The translations under genes were made by a program, and so were the position numbers. Below the pieces are notes generated by a model. That model was not told the DNA's origin and made no database searches. It saw only the letters and a list, made by a program, of their open reading frames with translations. Positions 51,315-62,082 of a stretch of DNA of 64,000 nucleotides are shown piece by piece. Numbering within the stretch: position 1 is the first letter of the stretch; each line of letters starts with the position of its first letter. The stretch is from Camelus dromedarius (Eukaryota): NCBI RefSeq assembly GCF_036321535.1, contig NC_087436.1:115570001-115634000 (forward strand), in the 5' to 3' direction.

Positions 51315-52180
51315 AGAACAAAGGGGAAGAGAGGAGAGATCCGAGACGGTGCTGTAGAAAGACCCTGAGCTCACCTCCTCTCATGGACACGCTGAGTCTG
51401 CATTTAAACATAGAGCGGTTCCTCTTGAAGAACACCTGAGGGCTGATTGAACAGCTACTGCACTGGAAGGACCACATAGCAACTGGTAGAAAAGATGAAG
51501 ACATGGTATCCATGGGAACCCCATCCTCAAGGCAGTAGGGAGTGATACTGCTGAGGGGTCCAGTGCAGACTTACCCACTCTGGGACCCAGAGAAATAGCA
51601 GAAACTTAAAGGGCACATAGAATATAGGGAAAGGAAATCCATTTGTTAACCTGAGAGCTTCTGCCAAATGTACAGGAAGCTGCTGGAGCTCTCTCCAGGG
51701 CTGGAGGCACCTGTGAGCATCATTGTTCCCGTCCCCCGGGGACTTTCCCTGGCACATATCCACTCCAACTTCAGCCACCCCACCAAGTCTGCCTTGGGCA
51801 CAGCGCTCCCCAGCCTGCCTGCCAAAGCTGCCGGCTTCAAGCAGTCTACACAGGGGACTGACTGTCCCACACGGGTCCACTCCTTCAGGACCAGGAGAGG
51901 TAGCTGTTTTGCCTAATTCATAGAAACAAAAGCAGAAAGTTAAAATAAATGAGGAGACAGAGGAATATGTTTCAAACAAAACAAAATAAAACTTTAGGAA
52001 AAACAAAACAAAGCAAAAAAACTAATAAAACAGAGGTAAGTAATTTACATGATAAAGAATTAAAAAAATATTCTGAGTATGCTCTCCAAACTCTGGAGAA
52101 TAATGGAGGTACTACTCAGTGAGAATTTCAACAAAGTCTTAAAAAATACAAGAAAGAACCAATCAGAACTGAAGAATAAA
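51315..52180 (+). mobile_element. LINE-1 5' fragment (5' UTR plus start of ORF1), 3'-truncated
   Basis: Typical L1 5' start (gagacgg..gtagaaagaccctgagctcacctcctctcatggacac), GC-richer UTR, then ORF1 start atgaggagacagaggaatatgtttcaaac..cagtgagaatttcaacaaag..aagaaccaatcagaactgaagaata. Confidence 0.8.
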
Positions 52181-53548
52181 ACGCTGGAGGTGAGGGTAGG
52201 GTAGGAAAAACGTAGAGTTTGAGAACTAACCAGTGACCTAGAGTGAGGAAGGGACTTGGATGGATAAAAGACACTTGTGAGATGTATTTAGGAAGTAGAA
52301 CCAGCTGGGACTGGTTACTGAGTAAAGCTTATGCAGATTCTGCTTGTGTTGAAAGGGTTTAGGATGACGTCACTGTATCTTCAAAGCACTGTTTTCCCCT
52401 TAAATATGAAAGATTTTAATAATCTTTCTGCTGAAAGCATAGGTCATGCTTGGGAAAATCTAACATCTTCTGTCAGGCAATTAAGCAATGTAGATACTTA
52501 CTTTAATTAACAATTTTGCCCAAACGAAAACCCATTGCATAAAAGAGCTTTTAATGTAACACAAGAATTAGCTGGGAAAATGCAGGGTGGTAATACGGGG
52601 TAAGAACGATGGGAATGATGACTTCCTAAACAAATAAATAAAATGACTTCCAACGTCTATTGTAAGCCATCCATGAACTATCTGGCAATCTAAACGGAAG
52701 AAAATTATTCTCGCTGCTTTATATCATACTGTTTTTCACGTTAGAGAATGAACTTTAATTAGAACATCACTGGTGTCAAATTAGTAATAAATGTTTAAGG
52801 CAAACTGAGATAACGGAACTATGGGAACACTGCCACTGATGTAAAACCCGCTGTAAATTGTGAAGAATTTACATTTTCCATTAGCGCACAGTCACGAGCA
52901 TAAAAATGATAAAATGTTACATACAGTGTGGATGTTCTTCGACACAGTTGAAATTATTGCAGAGAAATGGCGTGTGTAACACCTGAAATTTCTGGAGCTC
53001 ACGGATGCGTGGGTGTGAGTCTGTTAGCAAGCAACATTACCCTAAAGCTGGGCTCTCTTGTTTGTGAAGCGGGAGTGATGCCTCCTGTTCTCACAGCACA
53101 GGGGCCTTTATGCTGCACAGGGAATGGCGATGTGACCCCATGGAAAGACCACAGACTTGGATATCAAAAAATTTCAACTCCAGCACTCGGTGTGCCCCAG
53201 GGCAACAAAATCTGTGTTTCTAAATATCAGTGTCCTCTCTTGCAAAATGAAGATGAAATGCCTTTCTCAAACTGGTTGTTGTGAGACTTAGATGACGCAA
53301 GTAAAAATGGTGGCACATGGAGGGTGTTTAATAATAGCAATTAACACACTTACTAAGGAACGCGAAGATGTGTTGTACACACTGTAGACATTAGGGGTCA
53401 TTTTATTTATTTTTACTTTTGTCCCATTGGCATCATTCAGATGCTTTACTTGATGATATAAACACAACCATGAAAAGGCCTAATCTTCTCTCTTTCTTCT
53501 TGAGACATGGCAGATTCTGGGTAAATAAGTAACGTCTCTATGAGTCTA

Positions 53549-54017
53549 TGCTGGTAGATTAAAGATGGCCACACCTTATTTGTCACTTCTTTAGCCAAAA
53601 AGTAGGGTCTATTTCCCTCCCCTTGAACCTGGGCTGGCTGTGGTTGATTTGACCCTCAGAGCACAATGACAGTGATGTTCTACAAGTTCCAGTTTCTGAA
53701 TCCCGCCTTTGGGAGGGCTGGCCATTTCTTCCTTGTCTCTGGGAGCCCTGAGTCCCCTAACTCTCTTGCTAGAGACACCATGTGGACGAGATTTGCAGGG
53801 AGAGGGGGATGGGCACCACTAAGCCCAACCTTCCAACTGTCCCTTCTGAGAATAAAGCCACCACTTAAAAATCACAGAATGACCCAACTGATGCCACATG
53901 GAGCAGAAGAATTGTCCAGCTGAACTCTGCTCGAGTTCCTGACCCACAAAATCATGAGAGATGGAAAAGGATTGTTCCTGTAGGTCAGCTTGTTGTACAG
54001 CAGTAGACAACTGAAAC
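53549..54017 (+). mobile_element. ERVL-MaLR LTR (MLT1H-like)
   Basis: Runs from tgctggtagattaaagatggccac, through ttcctgacccacaaaatcatgaga, to cagcagtagacaactgaaac. Confidence 0.8.
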
Positions 54018-54460
54018 GCCTGTCTCTTCAGGCGCCTGCTTCCCACAGGGGTTCTCTTTGACACCCCCCCCCCCCATTTGCCAGGGTACTCTGTTGACAT
54101 GCTCTGTTTGGTAAGGATCTTCCAATGTCCTGTAGCAGGGGTCGGTCACATGCATATCTGCTAGTATTAGGGGTCTTTGCTTGAGGAAGTCAAAGAGCTG
54201 ACAAGTAGATGAATCTCTGCCTGTCATACTGAGGAACAGAGATGTTAACTTGTTAGCCATGATGACCATCCTCTGGCTTTTCTGGAATTTTCCTTTATGA
54301 TTATTCTTTCTACATGATATTTTCACTGCCTGGGAAATGGCATTTCTTTTCTCCCCTTGCGGCCCATCATGAATATTAGCTTTGTTTGTATATTATTGTT
54401 ATTTTATTTCTGTATTAACTTTCTAGGGAGAAATGAAGCCAGGAGTATCCCAGGGTCAAC

Positions 54461-55211
54461 TGAGAAATGTAAAACCTCTCAGCATTCTATGGCTTCATTG
54501 GAACCTATTCACAAAGAGAGCTGATCACACTCTAACGTGGCTTTAGCAGCTTAAAGCTGCGTCCCCAGGATGTCCCCAGGCTCCTTAAAATGCCTGCCTA
54601 AGAAAGTTCAAGGGTACCAGGAGAACTCACTGTTTTAGCCAGAATTCGATGATAGGACTGTAAACCCTGAGCCTCCTTTAGAGCAGTTAAGTTTGCAGTG
54701 AGAAATCTTTCATCTGCCCTTTGAGATAGGAATTGTCTACTGTCTCCTCAAGAGCCTGGAACAGACTCTGAAATGCAGAAAACCCAGGAGATAGCTCAAA
54801 CCATCCCCTCCTCCCGGCCAAGACCTCATAGGAGACTTTGGATCCCTGCTCCAAAATTGCACAACTACGGTTCTGTCATCGAGAAGTTTGCTTCACAACA
54901 TTGTCGTTTGACAATGCCTCATTTTTTTAAATGCTGAATTAATGAAAACTGAAAAAAAAAGAAAGAAGTTTGTTTCTCCTCCCTCTGGAAGTGCCAATTA
55001 GCAAACACAGGTGATGTGGTCACGGGAACCAAACCTGCCCTCAAAGCCCTTTAGCGCCCTTCCTTAAAAACACCCCAACATTTAAAAAAGTCTTCTCCTG
55101 CCTTTTGTTCAGACAAAGTTGAGCTCAGTTTACACTGAAACTTCTTCCCTGTTGCACTATTCATCACTGAATAAAATCCTTCTTTAGTGTCTGGCTTGGG
55201 TTCTCTTTGAT
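54461..55211 (+). mobile_element. ERV1 LTR (old MER4-group; MER67/MER90-like)
   Basis: Contains ccttaaaatgcctgcctaagaaagttcaagg..ccaggagaa..actgttt, ccctttgagat, and gaataaaatc near the 3' end followed by ttctctttga. Subfamily is uncertain. Confidence 0.6.
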
Positions 55212-56199
55212 GCAACAGTTCATGAGGGAGAGAAAGAGAGAGAAGAGGAAGAGGGAGAAGAGAGATGTTTCTTATGAGTGGTTCTATGGATGAGTGATGA
55301 ACCCAATACAATAAAATATTCAGAGTTGATTGGACCAGACTTGGGGGGCCTTACGTGACATGAGGAGGAGTGTGAACTTTATTATGCAAGGAACAGAGAC
55401 ACAGCTTATAAATGGAAGTGGTCCTTAGTGATAGCAGAAGTCCCAGAACTCAGGGATATATTTTAATTTCTCGTCTGCTATCTTTATCTTTTCTTTGCTA
55501 TCCTTACTTATTACTAATTTTCTTCTCCATCATTTAGAACTCCTATCATGAAAGACCCTTCTTTTTTTTTTTGTCCCTATATATCACCTACTATGAACTT
55601 CAACAAAGTCAAGTCTATATTCATGTTGAATGTTGGATGTATATTCATCCACACCAAAATCTCTTCAACCTAGTTTGATTCTGATGATCAGTTGCTTCAG
55701 AATTTATACCAATTCTTTAAGGAAAGGAATCTGCTGATCTAACTCCAAATATTTTCCAAAGTGAAAACAAAACACATAATGCCAGACAAAATTCAGCAGC
55801 AGGAGGTCTGGAATTCTTCCTCATGCCAACTTAGAGTGCTTTCCACAGATAACCTACGAGGTGTGTGTATTGCTTCATTATAAGAGTACTCTTTTGTTAG
55901 CTCCTTCATTCAGCAAGTGATTTCTGAAGACTGCATTTCCTGACAAAAACTAGAAAATCAATACTAAATAAGATACAGTTACAATCTTAAAGGACACCAG
56001 AAGCTACATAGAGAAGACAGACAGACAGACACCGACAATTTTAATGCAACTTATATGTCTGGTCCATTTAAGTAAGTATTGGACTTGTCTGATCATAAAA
56101 TTGACTGTTGAGGTCATAAACATTGAGGTTTACAGGCACCTCCACTGAAAGTTTTGATTGAGCTGAGTTGGGTCTGGTCTAGGAACCTGTTTTTCCCTC

Positions 56200-56202
56200 T
56201 GT

Positions 56203-56247
<45 letters not shown>
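56200..56247. repeat. (TG)n microsatellite
   Basis: Directly visible. Confidence 0.95.
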
Positions 56248-56249
<2 letters not shown>

Positions 56250-56623
56250 GATTGGCAGGTCTCAGAAACATTGAATTGAAGGTTAGCTTGATGTGTTATG
56301 GGAATGAGGAGGAGGACTCACCATAACCTGGATGAAGAGAATGGCAAAAAGGAAGGGACAGTGTGTATGAAATTTTTCATCATGTGTAGAAGTTCCCTGA
56401 GCAGATTGGGTGAAGGTGAGTCTATGTCAAGCATAGTGAACATTCTGTTCCAAATTATAGAAGCATGATCTTAACTAGTACATTTGAGGAAAATAAGCCA
56501 CTGGGCTTTTGTGGAATTAATGAGACTATAAGCCTGCAGAAGAGTCCAAGATTGAGGCATAAAAACATAAGAAGAGGATTGTCAATGAAGGGCTTTCTAA
56601 GCCTTCATAGGAAATTTTGAAAC

Positions 56624-56744
56624 TATCTATTGAATGAATTACACATTCTATTCTATATCTAGTGAATGAATTATTATTATCTATTGAATGAATTATTATT
56701 ATCTGTTGAATGAATTATTCTGATCTATATCTATTGAATAAATT
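56624..56744. repeat. Minisatellite: five copies of tatctattgaatgaatt (core period 22 bp)
   Basis: Copies start at 56624, 56656, 56678, 56700 and 56728. Confidence 0.9.
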
Positions 56745-57669
56745 AAACACAGGGTTGACATGTAGCAAAGTGGAATGCAAACCAAAGATAAGGTAACAGT
56801 AGACCTTGAACTATGTAAAAAGTTCTTAAAATAGTCCTGGAGATTTCTGATGAGGAAATAGATTACACGTACTACGGGGAAATGTTGGTGTTTTCAATCA
56901 ACCAAATCTGGTCCCCTTTCTGCCCTTGACCCTAGATATACACACTTAACTATGACGACTCTCTTTTTCTTCACTAAAACAGAGGTGATCATAATTGCCT
57001 TTCAAGATTCTATGAGAATTAATCAGTAAAAAGGAGACAAAAAACCTCATGTAAATCTGGTGGTGACATGACGCAGGACAGAGATACAGGAGCATTCAGA
57101 AGGCTGGTGTATATGTTATCTGATTTAATTTCTTCATAATTCCCAGATGCCAATTGTTATACTCATTGAAGAAATGAAAACACTGAGACTCATGGAAGCT
57201 GTTTTGTCTAATTTAATCACAATAAGAATAAAACAGAACGAAGCCAAATCGCTAGTCAAGATTCAAACCCACCTGTGAACTTCAAAGTTGCAACTCCTCT
57301 TTGTCCACTTTACTCTGCCCAAACTTGCCCCCAGAACAATTTGCCTGAGTCATAGAAGGGTCTCGGATGTGTTCTTTCTCATTCTCACCGCTGCCTCACC
57401 CATTGCACACCCAGGCACAGGCAGACGGTGCATTTCTGCTTTATACTGAACCTCTGTTTCTCAACTTACGGTGACATTCTCCTTAATAATTGATGCAATG
57501 CTCCTGAAGTATCAAGTTATGATTCACTTAAACAAACTTTTTTAAGCAAATATCTCATTAAACAAATACAGGGCAGTAGAGAGTTACAAACTGTCATGCA
57601 TAATGTTGTAGAAATAAAAATAATTACAGCCTGGTACTCGCTTTCCATGGAAGGACATACTATTCGGAG

Positions 57670-57870
57670 GGGTAAAGACAGCAATCTCTGGAGTCAGAAG
57701 ATCTGGATTCAGAATTGCTTATCTACCACTTACCAGCTATGTGAAAGTACCTTATGCCCCATGGTCTCAGCTTCCATTCTATAAAATGGAGATAATTATA
57801 AAATCTATATCCTTTCTTATTGTGATTAAATTAAATAATATCTGTACATGTAAAATGCTTAGTACCCAGA
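57670..57870 (+). mobile_element. MIR SINE
   Basis: Contains ctctggagtcagaagatctggattc..taccacttaccagctatgtga..ctataaaatggagataat..gtaaaatgcttagtac. Confidence 0.85.
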
Positions 57871-60679
57871 GCATGTATACAATACCTTTCAGCCACATCA
57901 ACATTATCATCTTTACCAGTTTATTATGTTATTCTTGTTATTACTAGAGGTTCTGTTGTATTTATCGCATGAGTTTTGGAGACAACTAGCTACTACCCAG
58001 GATGAGTTGAGCTGGTTATAACAGATACTACAAGAAAGGTATAATTCTGATCAAAGGATAGAGAATGATGCTTGAAAAGGAAGACTTACCGTTGGGGTGA
58101 AGGGTGCCCTGGAGTAACAAAAGACAATCAAATTTGAATCCTGACTGATTGGCTTGGCTACAGTCCTTTTGACTCTCCTGAATCTTATTTTTTTTTTTCC
58201 CCTTGATGAAAAGGAGAATGTATGCCCACCATATGCTGCTACTTGTAGTGTTGTGAGGATTATCTGAGACAGCATTTGTTGAATTGCTGGGCCGCCTATC
58301 TCTTCCCTGGACCCTTCTGGAGGCGGAGCCCCATAGGCCAACTCCTGTCCACTCTGGTTTTCCCAGATTCTCCACAGGCACACAGCTCCGTACCAACTTC
58401 AGTTTGCAGAGGTCCAGATTTCCTCCTCACCACTTCTCCTTTCCCCAGAAAGCTCAATGAACTTCTTAAAAACTTTCTTTCACACTCGATTTACCTGGTC
58501 AGGTGTGCACTTTAAAGCCACCAAGCTTTGATCAAACGGTCCCCTCATCGAAGGCCTCATTCCTGTGTTCATTGGAATTCTGTTATTTTCTGCTTGTCTA
58601 TCATTTGATCTGGAATCGGCCCTTTAGATGTAAATACATTCTGTTTTTCTCCTGTTTTTCCGCATTTTTGTTTGGTTTGCATATGCCCTATTCTGGAAGA
58701 TCAAGTCAGTATTCCTATAGACCCTAACTCAAGCTGCAAGTCCTCTTTTGAGCATTTAAAACATGCATTCCAATCACTCAGAAAGGTGCATGTGGCAATA
58801 AATGGATCTTCTCAGAACCATCCCTCATTCTACCAAATCAAAGTGTCATTAAAAGTGAGTATAATGGCACATGGTGACCTTGAGCTGGGATGTTCCTTAT
58901 AACCTAAATTCTTTGATGGTTTGGCTAGGATGCTAAACGGAGTTAACTTACTGATCCTCAGGAACCAGGCGAAATGCACGCAGCAGTCAGTGTATATCGG
59001 ACACAATACAAAAAAAGAAAAAAACCCATGAAGTCCAAACCTAAGCTCAGTAGCAAGTCCTTTCCCCTTGAAGTTTTTTAGATAGTTTCCCTTGAAACAT
59101 CTGAAAAAATTATCAGAAATGACCAGCATAGTGCATATAATGCCAAGAACATTATGGGTCGTTAGCAAAGAATGTGGGATGATGCTCATGCTGATCATCA
59201 CAGATCTTGGCATTTGGCTCCCCAAACAGCCACATCCAGGTTGAAATGCCTTTACTGAGCCATGTTATAATGTATTCTTTTGCTTTTATGAAAATTTCCA
59301 GCAAGTTCCATGATCAGCTAAAAGTTGGATATTCATAGGGAGCAGATCAGGCAAGATAACTGAGCACACTTAGTCTTGAGATAAGATCCATTTGGTACAG
59401 GCATGCGGTTCCTTAAATCTGCGTTTGCCACATGTGACTGTTTCTCAGCAGTGATCGCTGATCGGGGCTTAGTTTGAAAGGCAGATTTTCTTTCCAGGCT
59501 TGTAACTCTCTTCATAGCTACCTCCATTAAGCAGGGATGACACTATATTTATAATTGTCTTTTTACATATTTATCTGTCTCTTTGGACTGCAGGCTTCTC
59601 AGGGGCAGGACCCTACCTGTGACTTAATTCATCTGAGAATACACACCAACTAATAGCAGAGCCAGCAGAAGCCAATGGCTCAGTTAGAGAGAAGAAGGGA
59701 AGGAGAGACTGATTTTTGCAGGAGATATAACTTTAGGGGAAACACTCAGAACTGAGGGATGCAGGCCTCAAGACTCTCAATGAGTTGACTGAAACCCCTC
59801 TTAGAACCCCTCATACTTTACACAGGACTTCAATGACTCAGGCCTGGCTGGGGGCCCTGGCTCCACAGTCAAACTTGCTTTGAGTAAGTCATATCATACC
59901 TTTAATTAGTATCTATTGGTAAATTGATTTCCTTATTCATGTTTTACTCTAGAGGGGGAGTTTGAAGATTAATTAATTAGCGTACGTGAAGCACTTCGAT
60001 TAAGGAAACTGCCATTAGCTGAAGATAATGGCACTGAAGTCTCATCAGTTGCTACTTGGGAATGATCCAATCTCTCCTTTCTTAAAACATTCCTGACAAT
60101 TGCTCCAGTGTTCTCCAGAAAATCCTATATCATGGAACACTTTTCCAGAATAATTAAGTTTATGATCCTAAAAGTCTGACTCTAGTCATTAATATGTCTT
60201 ATAATTCATCTCAGTCATTCCTTAAATGGACCTACACAAGGTTAGAGCTAATGGTGTTTGAGATCCCTTCCCTACAGAGCCAGGAACTGAGGCTCAGGGA
60301 GATTAATTAAATGGTCCAAGTGAAATATGTCTTTAACAGCAGAATCAGGACATAAATTAGAATATTTCTTGAAAACAAGAGCAAAAGTTCCCCCCCTTAA
60401 ATATCATTCTGTACCCTACTATTAAAGATGAAGAAATGGTTACCTAAAGTGGTGTGATTCAAGGTCATATCTCTCATTAGTGGCCGATGTGGTCTTTGTA
60501 TTTTATGATGAAAGAAATGAGTTTTTGCTAAGAAACAAGGCTTCAGAAACAGTAACATTTACAACATAGTGCTTTACAAAATATTTTTACTTATATTATC
60601 ACATTTAATTTTTTAAGCTTCTTTCAAGATAATAATTACCATTACCTCTACTACCATGATGCAGTACACCTTAAACCGG

Positions 60680-61010
60680 TGGTTAAGTGTGGCTCTGTAT
60701 ATATAGTCATACCACGGACTATTATTCAACTAAGAAAAAGGAATGATGTTCTGGTACATGCTACAATGTGGACAAAACTTGAAAATGTTATATTAAGTGA
60801 AGTAGACCAGACACAAAAGATGGATATTGTATGATTGCACTTATAAGAAATATCTAGAATGAGCGAATTCATGGAGACGGAAAGTATATTTCAGGTTATC
60901 ATGGGTTGGGGGAAAAGAAATGGTGACATTGTTTAATGGGTATGGATTTTCTGTTTGGGTGATGAGAGCTTTCTGGAAATAGATAGTGATAATGGTTTCA
61001 CCACATTACT
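60680..61010 (+). mobile_element. LINE-1 3' fragment (L1MB-like) inserted in a MIR
   Basis: Contains aaaaggaatga..tctggtacatgctacaatgtggacaaaacttgaaaa..taagtgaa..ccagacacaaaag..tctggaaatagatagtgataatgg. Confidence 0.8.
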
Positions 61011-61699
61011 AAAAGTAATAATGGCTTGTAGAGATGTTATTATTAATAAGTTGAGGAAGCCTAGATTTAATATTCTCCAATTTGGATCATAAATTCCTGG
61101 CAAAGTCTGAACTCAGTCTTAAGTCCTTTTACCCTCAATGTCTGCATTCTTTATTTTATTTTTTAAACCACACTTTTGGAGTTCAAATCAGAAAACTTCT
61201 ATAAATTATATAAATTGAATAATGTTATCTTTCTCTTTTCCAATAAAGTCATAATCACTTTTCTGTTAAAATATGTGTTGAGATAAGGCTTAATCTCTGA
61301 GAGATAGATACATAGAAATAAGATGGGAAATGAAGTCCTATGGAATAGAAATTCTGTAGATGTAATGTTTAATAGTAGTGCAATATGTATGTCTTCAATT
61401 TCAAAACTTCAATTTTCTCTTTTTTGAAATATGTGAATCGGAAGTTCAGATGATTTTTTTCATTTCAATCTTGTTAAAAAATTGTGCATTTGAGTCTATA
61501 ATGCTTTCCTGTGTGTGTGCATGTGTATATATGTATTAGATCGTAGCAGATATTAAGTGGTAGTTATGACAGATAATTCTGGGTTCTGTGTTATAAGTCA
61601 TCAAAATGTACTCCCTCTTTGCAGAAAGTACATAAGTGTAGATTGGAAAATGGATGGAAACCAAAATGAATTTGGTCCAATAGTCCTACCACAATGTAA

Positions 61700-61915
61700 A
61701 ACTAAAGTATTGGGTGTAGGTCAGACGGGAGTTTAAATCCTGAATTTTAATCTGTATAAACTTGGGAAATTCATTAGGCGTCTGAGTGTTACCTTCAAAA
61801 CCTGCAATTTGGGAAGAGGAATGTCTAATTCATCGTTTTATTATGAGATTTTGTTTATAAAGACAATTTAGATATAGTGCCTGCCACAGAGCATATGCTC
61901 AATAAGCAGCTATTA
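61700..61915 (+). mobile_element. MIR SINE
   Basis: Decayed MIR core followed by the 3' end tagtgcctgccacagagcatatgctcaataa. Confidence 0.65.
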
Positions 61916-62082
61916 TGTTTATTACCCTAGTTGAGCCCAAAACATGTCTACTGATCTACTTTGATTACCTGCCCAGGTTTATCCTTTGATTCTTACATGC
62001 TATCAAGTTAGATTGGATTTTGATTTTTAATCTCTTGTTTAGTGTTGTGTTGATTTCACTTCTCATCTCTGAGGGTTAAACC

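Larger units (their letters stand above)
55900..56860 (-). mobile_element. LINE-2 fragment interrupted by a MER5-like piece, (TG)n and a minisatellite
   Basis: Begins ttcattcagcaagtgattt, the reverse complement of an L2 tail; decayed L2 motifs follow. Confidence 0.5.

Noticed and set aside
56624..56744. CRISPR-like repeat-spacer array
   Set aside because: The spacers are 5-15 bp, low-complexity and partly identical, in a eukaryotic context with no cas genes. It is a minisatellite.
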